The position numbers and the translations under genes were made by a program. From contig JBJOLT010000042.1 of NCBI GenBank assembly GCA_046045415.1, forward strand, positions 17,468 through 81,467: a stretch of DNA of 64,000 bases, given 5' to 3'. Positions within the stretch are counted from its first letter, which is position 1, and each line of letters opens with the position of its first letter. Positions 1-8,988 of the stretch are shown here, in pieces. Source of the stretch: Chloroflexota bacterium. GTDB taxonomy: Bacteria; Chloroflexota; Limnocylindria; Limnocylindrales; CSP1-4. Below the pieces are notes generated by a model. The model was not told the origin of the DNA and ran no database searches. It saw only the letters and a list, made by a program, of their open reading frames with translations.

Positions 1-1
1 C

Positions 2-670
2 GACATGCGGGCGATCCAGCCCGACCTCCTCGGCCTCCAGGAGGTCGTCTACCCGCTCCAGCAGGACCGCCTCCTCGGCGCGGCGGGGGAGGGCCGGTAC
101 GAGACCCATCGGGCGTGGGCGACGCGGGTGGAGTGGGGGAACGCGGTCCTCGTGAAGGCGCCGCTCGTCGTCGGGGGCGAGCCCGAGCGGCTCGACCTCT
201 CGCACGGGCGCTCGGCGCTCCGGGCGATCGTCCCGCTCCCGTCCGGCCGGCGGCTCGCCTTCGTCACGACGCACCTCCATCACCCGCCTGACGCGAGGGC
301 GGAGCGGGACGAGCAGGCGGCCGCCCTCCTCGCGTGGCTCGACGCCGGGCCGCCGGCCGACGCACTCGTCCTCACGGGCGACTTCAACGCGAACCCGGGC
401 GAGCCAGCCTACCGGCGGATCGCCGGGGCCGGCCTCCGCTCGGCCTTCGTCGAGGTGGCGGGGGCCGAGCCCGCGGTCACGTGGCCGTCCGGCCTCGACG
501 CGCCGCAGAAGGACACCGACGGCGATCCCGCCTGCCTCGACTACGTCTGGCTCCGCGGCGCCGTCAGGGCGACCGGTGCGCGGCTCGCCTGGGATCGGCC
601 CGCAGCCGGCGATCCGACGCTCTACCCGTCCGACCACCTCGGGATCGTCGCGGAGGTGACCGTCGGATGA
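2..670 (+). CDS. endonuclease/exonuclease/phosphatase (EEP) family protein; 5' end probably cut by the window edge
   Basis: ORF 5..670. Translation shows EEP landmarks: PDLLGLQEV near the start, LVLTGDFN, and YPSDHLGI near the C-terminus. The frame is open back to base 2, and EEP proteins usually have about 30 aa before the LQEV motif. The stop overlaps the next start (ATGA 667-670). Confidence 0.75.
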   Translation, partial: DMRAIQPDLLGLQEVVYPLQQDRLLGAAGEGRYETHRAWATRVEWGNAVLVKAPLVVGGEPERLDLSHGRSALRAIVPLPSGRRLAFVTTHLHHPPDARAERDEQAAALLAWLDAGPPADALVLTGDFNANPGEPAYRRIAGAGLRSAFVEVAGAEPAVTWPSGLDAPQKDTDGDPACLDYVWLRGAVRATGARLAWDRPAAGDPTLYPSDHLGIVAEVTVG

Positions 671-1377
671 GCGGCACGCCGCGCGACCCGTCCGACCCGC
701 TCCGGCTCGCGCACCGGGGCGACCACCGCGCCGCCCCGGAGAACACGCTCGAGGCCTGTCGCGCCGCGCTCGCCCTCCCCGACGTCGACGGGCTCGAGTT
801 CGACGTCCGCCTCGCGGCCGACGGCGTCCCGATCCTCCTGCACGACGAGACGCTCGCGCGGGTCCAGGGGCGGCCCGACCGGGCGGGCGATCTGACGGCC
901 GCCGAGCTCGCCCGTCACGGGATCCCGACGCTCGCCGAGCTCCTCGTCGTCGCGCCGGCGCCCGCCTTCCTCGACGTCGAGCTGAAGGAGGACTGCGGCG
1001 CGGCGGCGGTCGAGGTCCTCGAGCGGGCCCGCGGCGCGTCCCTCGAGCGGGCGGTCGTCTCCTCGTTCGAGCCGGCCGCGCTCGAGACGGTCCGCCGCCT
1101 CCGTCCCGCATGGGGATGCTGGCTGAACGTCGAGGACCTCGCGCCGGCGACGATCGCCGCCGCGGTCGCGCTCGGCTGCCGGGGGGTCTCGGCGGAGCGG
1201 ACCGCGATCGACGCCGCGAGCGCCGCGCGCGTGCGCGCCGCCGGACTCGAGCTCGCCGCCTGGACCGTCGTCACCCACGCGGAGTGGGACCGGCTCGCCG
1301 CGCTCGGGGTCCGCGCGATCTGCGTCGAGCGCGAGGCGCTCAGCCGCCGCGGAGCCCCTCGAGGAACCGCTGGATGA
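667..1377 (+). CDS. glycerophosphodiester phosphodiesterase (GDPD) family protein
   Basis: In-frame ATG at 667 inside ORF 334..1377; the upstream part is Arg/Gly-rich junk. From the ATG, LAHRGDHRAAPENTLEA...GLEFDVRLAADGVPILLHDETL matches the GDPD catalytic N-terminus. Confidence 0.8.
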   Translation: MSGTPRDPSDPLRLAHRGDHRAAPENTLEACRAALALPDVDGLEFDVRLAADGVPILLHDETLARVQGRPDRAGDLTAAELARHGIPTLAELLVVAPAPAFLDVELKEDCGAAAVEVLERARGASLERAVVSSFEPAALETVRRLRPAWGCWLNVEDLAPATIAAAVALGCRGVSAERTAIDAASAARVRAAGLELAAWTVVTHAEWDRLAALGVRAICVEREALSRRGAPRGTAG

Positions 1378-1915
1378 GCTCGCTCCGGTCGACGTTCGCG
1401 ACGTGGGTGAAGTACTCGTCCTGGAGCTTGTAGACGACGATCGCCGCCCCGATCGGGAGCCGGTGCCGCGCGAGGAGCTCGAAGCCGTGCTCCCGCCAGT
1501 CGGCACGCCGCCGCACCGTCCGCTGGAAGGCGTGGATCGAGACGGCGACGAGGAAGACCGGCTCGAGGAAGTTGGGGAACGCGGCGAGGAAGAGCTCCTC
1601 CTTCGTGACGAGGAACCCGATCTGGCCGATCGAGCGGAAGAGGAAGAGGGCGAGGCAGAGCCGCCGGATCGGCCAGCCGCCGCGGTACGCCGCGGCGACG
1701 ATCATCGCGTACGTCACCCAGTCCGACGACTTGTCGATCGTCTGGTAGAGCGGGTCCGGGAGGCCGAGCGGCACGAGGAGGTCGCCGTCGACCGAGTCGA
1801 GGACGAAGTTCGCCCAGCCCGCCGCGAACGGCGCCCGGAGGAAGAGGAGCGGGAGTCCGAACTTCGCGGCGACGACCGCTCCGATCGCGACGACCGCCGG
1901 GACCGACAGGCTCAT
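1340..1915 (-). CDS. small polytopic membrane protein with a divergent CDP-alcohol phosphotransferase-like motif
   Basis: Internal ATG at 1915 of ORF 1340..2299. Hydrophobic segments run throughout. LDSVDGDLLVPLGLPDPLYQTIDKSSD fits the DxxDG-x16-D-x3-D spacing of the CDP-alcohol phosphotransferase signature but lacks the Ala-Arg pair and the second Gly. Confidence 0.55.
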   Translation of the reverse strand: MSLSVPAVVAIGAVVAAKFGLPLLFLRAPFAAGWANFVLDSVDGDLLVPLGLPDPLYQTIDKSSDWVTYAMIVAAAYRGGWPIRRLCLALFLFRSIGQIGFLVTKEELFLAAFPNFLEPVFLVAVSIHAFQRTVRRRADWREHGFELLARHRLPIGAAIVVYKLQDEYFTHVANVDRSELIQRFLEGLRGG

Positions 1916-2044
1916 CGCACCCCCCGCGATGGATCCGGGGCCGGACCGCGCCCGGCATCCCGCCACCCGGATGATGCGCCCGTCGCGCCTGCTGCCACAG
2001 GGCCGAGGGTCACGGCGTCGACGGTCGACCCGGCACCGGACGGC

Positions 2045-2088
2045 CTTTACCGCACGTTCACATCGCGGCCATCGGCCCTTCACGACAC
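2045..2088 (+). promoter_or_regulatory. candidate PHO box: four 11-nt direct-repeat units upstream of pstS
   Basis: CTTTACCGCAC GTTCACATCGC GGCCATCGGCC CTTCACGACAC read directly at 2045-2088, 66-109 nt upstream of the pstS ATG. Three of the four units carry a TTCAC/TTTAC core like actinobacterial PhoP 11-nt repeat operators. Confidence 0.45.
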
Positions 2089-2153
2089 GAGGCGACGCTC
2101 CCATCGTCAACGCGCGAACATACCGGTCGAAGCCGGTCAGACGGAGGGAACCG

Positions 2154-3107
2154 ATGTCGACAGTCCGGACGCGGCGCCTCGGCGCACTCCTCGCAACGAG
2201 CCTCCTCGTGGCGGCCTGCAGCGGCGGGTCGCCGAGCGAGGGTGGCGGCGGGGCGGGCGACCAGCTCGCCGGAGCGATCTCGATCGACGGCTCGAGCACG
2301 GTCTACCCGGTCACCGAGGCGGTCGCCGAGGAGTTCCAGATCGCGAACCCCGGGGTCAAGGTGACGGTCGCCTTCTCCGGGACCGGCGGCGGCTTCAAGA
2401 AGTTCTGCGCCGGCGAGACCGACATGAACAACGCCTCTCGCCACATCAAGGACGAGGAGGCCGAGCTCTGCGCCTCCGGCGGCGTCGAGTACCTCGAGCT
2501 CGGTGTCGCGACGGACGCGCTCTCGGTCGTCGTCAATCCGGCGAACACCTGGGCGGCGTGCCTGACGGTCGACCAGCTCAAGTCGATCTGGGACGAGGGG
2601 AGCACCGTGACGAAGTGGTCCGACGTCGACCCGGCGTTCCCCGCCGAGCCGATCACGCTCTTCGGCCCCGGCGCCGACTCCGGCACCTTCGACTACTTCA
2701 CCGAGGCGATCAACGGGAAGTCGAAGCAGAGCCGCGCCGACTACACGCAGTCCGAGGACGACAACGCGCTCGTCACCGGGATCGCCGGCGACACGTACGC
2801 GCTCGGCTACTTCGGCTTCGCGTACCTCGAGGAGAACCTCGACAAGGTCCGTGCCGTCGCGGTGGACGGCGGGAGCGGGTGCGTCGAGCCGTCCGCCGCC
2901 TCGGTCGCGGACGGGACCTACACGCCGCTCGCCCGGCCGCTCTACGTCTACCCGTCGCTCGCCTCGCTCCAGCGACCCGAGATGGCGGCCTTCATGACGT
3001 ATTACCTTGAGAACGTGAACGCGTTCGTCGAGGATGTCGGCTACATCGACGCCACGGCCGAGGTGCTCGACGCCTCCCGTGCGGCGCTCGACGCGGCGCT
3101 GAAGTAG
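2154..3107 (+). CDS. pstS: phosphate ABC transporter substrate-binding lipoprotein PstS
   Basis: ATG 2154 within ORF 1929..3107, preceded by GGAGGGA. Lipoprotein signal LLVAACSGG. IDGSSTVYPV and FSGTGGGFKKF are typical PstS motifs. It is followed by pstCAB. Confidence 0.9.
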   Translation: MSTVRTRRLGALLATSLLVAACSGGSPSEGGGGAGDQLAGAISIDGSSTVYPVTEAVAEEFQIANPGVKVTVAFSGTGGGFKKFCAGETDMNNASRHIKDEEAELCASGGVEYLELGVATDALSVVVNPANTWAACLTVDQLKSIWDEGSTVTKWSDVDPAFPAEPITLFGPGADSGTFDYFTEAINGKSKQSRADYTQSEDDNALVTGIAGDTYALGYFGFAYLEENLDKVRAVAVDGGSGCVEPSAASVADGTYTPLARPLYVYPSLASLQRPEMAAFMTYYLENVNAFVEDVGYIDATAEVLDASRAALDAALK

Positions 3108-3111
3108 CCGG

Positions 3112-4026
3112 ATGACCACCCGCCCGGCGATCCTCCCGCGACCGCGGCGGATCGGCGAGACGATCATCGAGGCGGCCCTCTTCGGGGCCGCCTCGATCGG
3201 CGTCATCACGACGCTCGGGATCGTCGCCGTCCTCATCGTCGAGGCGGCCGGCTTCTTCTCCCAGGTCCCGCTGACGGACTTCCTCTTCGGGACCGTCTGG
3301 TCGGCGACGATCGAGCCGGTCCGCTTCGGCGTCCTCCCGCTCGTCGCGGGCACGTTCCTCGTCGCCGCGATCGCCCTCGTCATCGCGGTCCCGCTGGGGC
3401 TCCTCGCGGCGATCTACCTCGCCGAGTACGCGAGCCTCCGCGTCCGGAACCTCGTGAAGCCCGTCCTCGAGACGATCGCCGGGATCCCGACGATCGTCCT
3501 CGGCTTCTTCGCGATCGGCTTCGTGACGCCGAACCTCCTCAAGCCGATCCTCGGCGACTCGATCGGGACCTTCAGCGCCCTCGCCGGCGGGATCGTCGTC
3601 GGGATCCTCATCGCCCCGCTCGTCGCGTCGCTCTCCGAGGACGCGCTCCGGGCGGTCCCGCGGAGCCTCCGGGAGGGGGCGTACGCGCTCGGTGCGACCC
3701 GCTGGGAGGTCGTCCGCTCGGTCGCCCTCCCGGCCGCGATCTCCGGGGTCATGGCGTCGGTCATCCTCGCGGCCTCGCGGGCGATCGGCGAGACGATGGC
3801 CGTCGTGCTCGCCGTCGGGACGAACCCGCAGCTCACCCTCGATCCGCGGGAGAGCATCCAGACGATGACGGCGTTCATCGTCCAGATCAGCCTCGGCGAC
3901 ACGCCGCAGGGCTCGATCCAGTTCCTCGCGCTCTTCGCGGTCGCGCTCGTCCTCTTCCTCCTCACGTTCGGCCTCAACGTCGTGAGCAACCGGATCGTCG
4001 AGCGCATCCGGGAGCGGTACGCATGA
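3112..4026 (+). CDS. pstC: phosphate ABC transporter permease PstC
   Basis: 304 aa, multi-TM, with an EAA-like loop ([25 protein letters not shown]). Position between pstS and pstA. Confidence 0.9.
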   Translation: MTTRPAILPRPRRIGETIIEAALFGAASIGVITTLGIVAVLIVEAAGFFSQVPLTDFLFGTVWSATIEPVRFGVLPLVAGTFLVAAIALVIAVPLGLLAAIYLAEYASLRVRNLVKPVLETIAGIPTIVLGFFAIGFVTPNLLKPILGDSIGTFSALAGGIVVGILIAPLVASLSEDALRAVPRSLREGAYALGATRWEVVRSVALPAAISGVMASVILAASRAIGETMAVVLAVGTNPQLTLDPRESIQTMTAFIVQISLGDTPQGSIQFLALFAVALVLFLLTFGLNVVSNRIVERIRERYA

Positions 4027-4928
4027 GCGCCCCGATCGCCGGCGCGGTGGCGGCCGGGACGGCGCGCTTCGAGCCGCGGCTCGCCCGTCGGCGCCTCTAC
4101 GGGGCGATCCTGCTCGGCGCGTGCATCGGCGCCCTCGCGATCCTCATGCTCGCCCTCGTCCTCCTCCTCGTCGACGTCCTCGGGAAGGGGCTCCCGTGGC
4201 TCGACCCGCAGTTCCTCTCCGGCGTCCCGTCCCGGAAGCCGGAGCGGGCCGGGATCCTTCCCGCGCTCGCCGGATCCGTCCAGATCACGATCCTCGTGGC
4301 GCTCTTCACCTTCCCGACCGGCGTCGCCGCGGCGATCTGGCTCCAGGAGTACGCGCGCGACTCGCGGCTCACCCGCCTCCTCCGCCTCAACATCTCGAAC
4401 CTCGCCGGCGTCCCGTCGATCATCTACGGGATCTTCGGACTCGCCCTCTTCGTCCGGGCGCTCGGGCTCGGCTACTCGCTCGTCGCGGGGGCGCTCACGC
4501 TCTCGCTCCTCATCCTCCCGGTCGTCATCGTGGCGACCATCGAGGCGCTCCGCGCCGTCCCGAACTCCCAGCGGGAGGGGGCGTGGGCGCTCGGGGCGAC
4601 GCGATGGCAGGTCGTCCGCGGCGCCGTCCTCCCGGCCGCGGCGCCCGGGATCCTCACCGGGGTGATCCTCGCGATGGCCCGGGCGATCGGCGAGACGGCA
4701 CCGCTCATCCTCGTCGGCGCGGTCACGTTCGTCACCTTCCTCCCCACCCCGTTCGAGGAGGGCTACACGGTCCTCCCGATCCAGATCTTCCAGTGGGCGA
4801 GCCGGCCGCAGGAGGGGTTCCAGGCGATCGCCGCCGCCACGATCGTCGTCGTCCTCGCACTCATGCTCACGCTCAACCTCATCGCGATCGTCCTGCGCGC
4901 CCGTCTCTCGAGGAACGTCCAGTGGTAG
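4023..4928 (+). CDS. pstA: phosphate ABC transporter permease PstA
   Basis: 301 aa, multi-TM, with the loop [28 protein letters not shown] overlap with pstC. Confidence 0.9.
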   Translation: MSAPIAGAVAAGTARFEPRLARRRLYGAILLGACIGALAILMLALVLLLVDVLGKGLPWLDPQFLSGVPSRKPERAGILPALAGSVQITILVALFTFPTGVAAAIWLQEYARDSRLTRLLRLNISNLAGVPSIIYGIFGLALFVRALGLGYSLVAGALTLSLLILPVVIVATIEALRAVPNSQREGAWALGATRWQVVRGAVLPAAAPGILTGVILAMARAIGETAPLILVGAVTFVTFLPTPFEEGYTVLPIQIFQWASRPQEGFQAIAAATIVVVLALMLTLNLIAIVLRARLSRNVQW

Positions 4929-4939
4929 AGGAGTCGTCG

Positions 4940-5821
4940 ATGCTCGCCCAGAGCGATCCGTCCAAGGCTGCGGGCTCGCCGTCCGTCACGGAGCGTCCGG
5001 CCGTCGCGATCGACGTCGCCGGCGGCCTCGCCCGCCGTGACGAGCCGGGCGCGTCCGCCTCGATCGCGATCGAGCTCGGCGAGGTCGGGTGCCACTACGG
5101 GAGCTTCCGCGCGGTCCGCGACGTGACGCTCGCGATCCGGGCGCGCGAGGTGACCGCGCTCATCGGGCCGTCGGGCTGCGGGAAGTCGACGCTCCTGCGG
5201 ACCCTCAACCGGATGAACGACCTGATCCCCGGCTTCCGCGTCGACGGGCGGGTCGTCGTCGACGGCGAGGAGATCTACGGCGCCGCCGCCGATCCGGTCC
5301 TCCTCCGGCGGAAGGTGGGGATGGTCTTCCAGAAGCCGAACCCGTTCCCGAAGTCGATCTACGACAACGTCGCCTTCGGCCCCCGGATCAACGGCTTCCG
5401 CGGCGACCTCGACGGGCTCGTCGAGTCGAGCCTCCGCCGGGCGGCGCTCTGGGACGAGGTGAAGGAGAAGCTCGGGTCGCCCGCGCTCTCGCTCTCCGGC
5501 GGCCAGCAGCAGCGGCTCTGCATCGCACGCGCGATCGCCGTGGAGCCCGCGGTGATCCTCATGGACGAGCCGTGCTCCGCGCTCGACCCGCGGGCCACGC
5601 TCCAGATCGAGGAGCTGATGGCGGAGCTCCGCGAGTCGTACACGATCGTCATCGTCACGCACAACATGCAGCAGGCGGCGCGCGCGTCGGACACGACCGT
5701 CTTCATGACGATGGGGGACGACCGGGCGGGCCGGATCGTCGAGACCGGACCGACGCTCCAGATCTTCACGAACCCGCGCGAGCGGCTGACGGAGGACTAC
5801 ATCTCCGGCAGGTTCGGATAG
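4940..5821 (+). CDS. pstB: phosphate ABC transporter ATP-binding protein PstB
   Basis: ATG 4940 in frame within ORF 4121..5821. Walker [10 protein letters not shown], signature LSGGQQQRL, Walker [12 protein letters not shown], and the PstB-typical [15 protein letters not shown]. Confidence 0.92.
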   Translation: MLAQSDPSKAAGSPSVTERPAVAIDVAGGLARRDEPGASASIAIELGEVGCHYGSFRAVRDVTLAIRAREVTALIGPSGCGKSTLLRTLNRMNDLIPGFRVDGRVVVDGEEIYGAAADPVLLRRKVGMVFQKPNPFPKSIYDNVAFGPRINGFRGDLDGLVESSLRRAALWDEVKEKLGSPALSLSGGQQQRLCIARAIAVEPAVILMDEPCSALDPRATLQIEELMAELRESYTIVIVTHNMQQAARASDTTVFMTMGDDRAGRIVETGPTLQIFTNPRERLTEDYISGRFG

Positions 5822-5830
5822 GAGGCGGCG

Positions 5831-6607
5831 ATGGGCGAGCGTGATGACCGGCCGGCCGACGCGATCCGCCGGGACGTCGAGGAGATCCTCCGGCGCGCCG
5901 ACGGGTCCGAGGCGCCGGTCGGGGCGGCATCGGCCGGGGCGGGGGTCGGCGCGGTCCGGGGCACACTCGATCGCGAGCTCCGCGAGGTCCGGGCCGCGAT
6001 CCTCCGGATGGGGCTCCTCGTCGAACAGTCGATCCGCGCGGCCGTCGATGCGCTGAGCCGCCACGACGCGGCGGCGGCGGAGGCCGTCATCCATGGCGAC
6101 CGAGCCGTGAACGAGATGCAGCGGGAGATCGCCGCGCTCATCACCGCGACGATCGCGACGCAGGGGCCGGTCGCCCGCGACCTCCGCTTCCTTCTCGCGC
6201 TCGATCACGTGACGTACGAGCTCGAGCGGATCGGGGACCACGCCGGGAGCGTCGCGAAGCAGGCCCGGAAGCTCGCCCCGTTCCCGCCGGTGGCGCGCGC
6301 CGTCCTCGTCGAGGAGATGGGAGAGCTCGCGGCCCGGATCCTCCACGACATCCTCCGGGCGCTCGTCGACGTCGATGCGGCGGCGGCCCGCGAGGTGGCC
6401 GCGAGGGACGACGAGATCGACCATCGCTATCACCAGCTCTTCGACGAGATGGTCGTCGCGATGCGTGGCGATCCGGAGCTCGTGGAGCCCGGGACGCGCC
6501 TCCTCTTCGCCGCCCACTACGTCGAGCGGATCGGCGACCGGGTGACGAACATCGCCGAGGACGTCGTCTTCCTGGAGACCGGGCAGGCCGAGGACCTGAA
6601 CCAGTGA
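5831..6607 (+). CDS. phoU: phosphate signalling regulator PhoU
   Basis: 258 aa. Two PhoU repeats with the E(R)IGDH motif: YELERIGDHAGSVAK and HYVERIGDRVTNIAE. Lies directly after pstB. Confidence 0.88.
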   Translation: MGERDDRPADAIRRDVEEILRRADGSEAPVGAASAGAGVGAVRGTLDRELREVRAAILRMGLLVEQSIRAAVDALSRHDAAAAEAVIHGDRAVNEMQREIAALITATIATQGPVARDLRFLLALDHVTYELERIGDHAGSVAKQARKLAPFPPVARAVLVEEMGELAARILHDILRALVDVDAAAAREVAARDDEIDHRYHQLFDEMVVAMRGDPELVEPGTRLLFAAHYVERIGDRVTNIAEDVVFLETGQAEDLNQ

Positions 6608-7137
6608 GGGCCGGGGCGGGGTCGGGCGAGCGGCAGGGGCAGCCGGTCGAGCTCTACCTCGTCCGCCACGCGCACGCGGGCGATCCGGCGCGCTGGAGCG
6701 GCGACGACGCGGCCCGGCCGCTCTCCGGGAAGGGGCGGCGGCAGGCGGCCCGGCTCGGTGAGCTCCTCGCCGCCGCCGACCTCCGTCCGGGCGCGATCGT
6801 CTCTTCCCCGAAGACGCGCGCGAGGGAGACCGCCGAGATCGTCGCCGAGCGACTCGGCCCCCGGGTCGCCGTCACGCTCGACGCGCGGGTCGCCGACCGG
6901 TTCGACCTCGAGGCGCTCGCCGCGATCGTCGACGAGCAGGGCCGCCCGCCGCAGGTCGTCGTCGTCGGTCACGACCCGGACCTGAGCGACCTCGTCGCCG
7001 CGCTCGTCGGCGTCGAGTTCCTCCCGATGCGCAAGGGGGCGCTCGCCCGGGTCGACGTCGCGGGCTTCCCGTCGCCGGGAGCGGGCCTCCTCCACTGGTT
7101 CATCTCGCCCGATCTCTACCTCGGGTCGGACGACTAG
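6604..7137 (+). CDS. sixA: SixA-type phosphohistidine phosphatase (histidine phosphatase superfamily)
   Basis: GTG 6604 overlaps the phoU stop (GTGA). ELYLVRHAHAG carries the RH catalytic motif; also LSGKGRRQA, SSPKTRARETAEI and VVVVGHDPDL. 177 aa, the size expected for SixA. Confidence 0.7.
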   Translation: MRAGAGSGERQGQPVELYLVRHAHAGDPARWSGDDAARPLSGKGRRQAARLGELLAAADLRPGAIVSSPKTRARETAEIVAERLGPRVAVTLDARVADRFDLEALAAIVDEQGRPPQVVVVGHDPDLSDLVAALVGVEFLPMRKGALARVDVAGFPSPGAGLLHWFISPDLYLGSDD

Positions 7138-7144
7138 GGGTCGA

Positions 7145-7498
7145 TCACGCCCGCGGCGGCTTCGCCCTCCGGAGCACGACCTCGACCGGCTCGAGCGTCA
7201 CGAGCCCGCCCGCGACCATCGACCCGAGCTCGTCGAGGAGCGGCCGGATGACGCCCGGATCGTCGACCGCCTCGACGACGATCGGGAGGTCCTCGGAGAG
7301 GCGGAGGAGCCGGGTCGTGTGGATCCGCGAGCTCGCCCCGAACCCCTCGATCCCCCGGAGGACCGTCGCGCCGGCGACCCCACGCTCGCGGAGGAACTCG
7401 ACGAGCGCCTGGTAGAGCGGTCGGCCGTGCCACGTGTCCGCCTCGCCGACGTACACCCGGAGCCGGAGCGCCTCGCCCCGGCCGGCCGCATCGCCCAT
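7145..7498 (-). CDS. DUF190 (PII-like, CrcB-associated) protein
   Basis: Last 117 aa of long ORF 7145..9736, starting at ATG 7498. LRVYVGEADTWHGRPLYQALVEFLRERGVAGATVLRGIEGFG is the DUF190 pattern. One-nt overlap with the crcB stop (TGATG). Confidence 0.75.
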   Translation of the reverse strand: MGDAAGRGEALRLRVYVGEADTWHGRPLYQALVEFLRERGVAGATVLRGIEGFGASSRIHTTRLLRLSEDLPIVVEAVDDPGVIRPLLDELGSMVAGGLVTLEPVEVVLRRAKPPRA

Positions 7499-7869
7499 CA
7501 GATCGCCCTCCCGATCGCCAGGCCGGCCCAGACCGCGACGAGCCCGAGCACGGATGAGATCCCGAGGTTCGCGAGCGCCCCGACGAGCGCACCGTCCTCC
7601 CCGAGCCGCCAGGTCTCGAGCATGAGCGTCGAGAAGGTCGTGTACGCGCCGAGGAACCCGACGGCGAGCGGGATCCGGATGTCGGGCGAGAGGAGCGCGC
7701 GCTCCGTCGATGCGGCGAAGAGGATCCCGAGAATGAACGAGCCGGAGAGGTTCACGACGAGCGTCCCGTACGGGAACGACTCCCCGACGACGGTAGCGAC
7801 CCAGCCGCCGACGAGGTAGCGGGCGACGGCGCCGGCGGCCCCGCCGATCCCGATCAGCGCGAGCGTCAT
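7498..7869 (-). CDS. crcB: fluoride channel CrcB/FluC
   Basis: 123 aa with four hydrophobic helices. GGAAGAVARY, FPYGTLVVNLSGSFILG and GFLGAYTTFSTL are CrcB signatures. Confidence 0.88.
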   Translation of the reverse strand: MTLALIGIGGAAGAVARYLVGGWVATVVGESFPYGTLVVNLSGSFILGILFAASTERALLSPDIRIPLAVGFLGAYTTFSTLMLETWRLGEDGALVGALANLGISSVLGLVAVWAGLAIGRAI

Positions 7870-7916
7870 CGACCGAGGATAGCGAGGGGCGGGCGGGCCG
7901 GTACCATCGCCCGGTC

Positions 7917-8909
7917 ATGGACGAGCCCGCCTCCACGGCACCGATCCGCGTCGGCGCGGCGATCGACATCGGGTCGAACTCCGCGCACCTCCTCGTCGCG
8001 GCCGTCGGGGCGGGGGGCGGCAGCCCGCTCGTGCCGCTCGTCGACGAGTCCGTCTTCCTCGGGCTCGGCGAGCGCGTGGCCGCGACCGGGGCGCTCGGCG
8101 CCGAGGCCCGGGAGGCGACCGTCGCGGCGCTCGCCGGCTTCGCCGCGACGGCCCGCTCGCGCGGGGTCGCCGACGACGCACTCCTCCTCCTCGGGACCGA
8201 GCCGGTCCGCCGCGCGGCCGACGGTCCGCTCCTCGCCGCCGAGGTGGAGGCGGCGCTCGGCGTCCCGCTCCGCATCCTGGACCACGACGAGGAGGCGTGG
8301 CTGACGGCGCTCGCGATCACCGGTGGCCGCACCCCGGCCGGCCCGCTCGTCATCGTCGACAGCGGCGGCGGGAGCACCGAGGTCGCGCTCCTCGCCCCCG
8401 GGCGCGCTCCCGTCGCGAGCGGGTTCCGCCTCGGGACGGCGTCGCTCACCGCGGCGGTCGCACCGGCGGACCCCCCGACCGCGGACGACCTCGCGCGGCT
8501 CGAGACGGCCGCCGCCCGGATCCTCGCGGGGCTCGCACCCGTCCCGGGGGCACGGGTCGTCGGCCTCGGCGGGACGGTCTCGAATCTCGCGAAGCTCCTC
8601 CCCCCGCCCGGTGCCGGCGGGGCGGACGCGGCCGACCGGCGGCTCACGGGCGACCTGCTCCGCCCGATCGAGGCCGAGCTTCTCGCGACACCCGCCGCGG
8701 CGCTCGTCGCAGGTCGCGGCCTGAATCCCCGCCGGGCGCCGCTCATGGCGGCGGGACTTGCGATCGTCCGGGCGCTCCTCGCGCGGCTCGGGGCCGACGC
8801 GATCGAGGTCTCGGAGGCGAGCTGTCGCGAGGGGGCGATCGTCGCCCGGGCGCTCGCCGGCGTGGCGTGGCGGGAGCGGCTCGCGTCGCTCGTCGCCGGC
8901 GGGGACTGA
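7917..8909 (+). CDS. ppx: Ppx/GppA family exopolyphosphatase (short two-domain form)
   Basis: 330 aa. ASKHA-fold motifs AIDIGSNSAHLLV, VDSGGGSTEV and GLGGTVSNL. Confidence 0.8.
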   Translation: MDEPASTAPIRVGAAIDIGSNSAHLLVAAVGAGGGSPLVPLVDESVFLGLGERVAATGALGAEAREATVAALAGFAATARSRGVADDALLLLGTEPVRRAADGPLLAAEVEAALGVPLRILDHDEEAWLTALAITGGRTPAGPLVIVDSGGGSTEVALLAPGRAPVASGFRLGTASLTAAVAPADPPTADDLARLETAAARILAGLAPVPGARVVGLGGTVSNLAKLLPPPGAGGADAADRRLTGDLLRPIEAELLATPAAALVAGRGLNPRRAPLMAAGLAIVRALLARLGADAIEVSEASCREGAIVARALAGVAWRERLASLVAGGD

Positions 8910-8988
8910 GCCGCCCCGGCGGGGACTGAGACGCCCCGGCGGGGACTGAGCCGCCCCGGTCGGATCGCCCCGGTCAGATCGCCCCGGT
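8901..8988. repeat. tandem repeats in the convergent ppx / CYTH-CHAD junction: 3 x 20 nt, then 2 x 14 nt
   Basis: Read directly. GGGGACTGAG(C/A)CGCCCCGG(C/T) occurs at 8901-8920, 8921-8940 and 8941-8960. It is followed by C(G/A)GATCGCCCCGGT at 8961-8974 and 8975-8988. The first unit holds the ppx stop (TGA 8907-8909). The CYTH-CHAD stop (8974-8976) straddles the junction of the two 14-mers. Confidence 0.9.

Noticed and set aside
7870-7916. Possible fluoride (crcB-motif) riboswitch upstream of crcB. The minus strand reads GGGCGAUGGUACCGGCCCGCCC..., which resembles the 5' GGCGAUGG...CGCC stem of the aptamer.
   Set aside because: Only 47 nt are available. The second hairpin is missing, as is the AUGA-containing 3' strand that must pair with the loop (GGUAC would need GUACC). 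The similarity is limited to the first stem.
8901-8960. G-quadruplex potential from the repeated GGGG tracts.
   Set aside because: The tracts are 16 nt apart, giving long loops, and only three regular tracts are present. A hairpin or terminator role is the simpler reading.
8901-8988. A CRISPR array, as an explanation for the tandem repeats here and at 25366 and 12798.
   Set aside because: The repeat units are directly adjacent with no spacers. The units are 14-20 nt, only 2-3 copies are present, and there are no cas genes.
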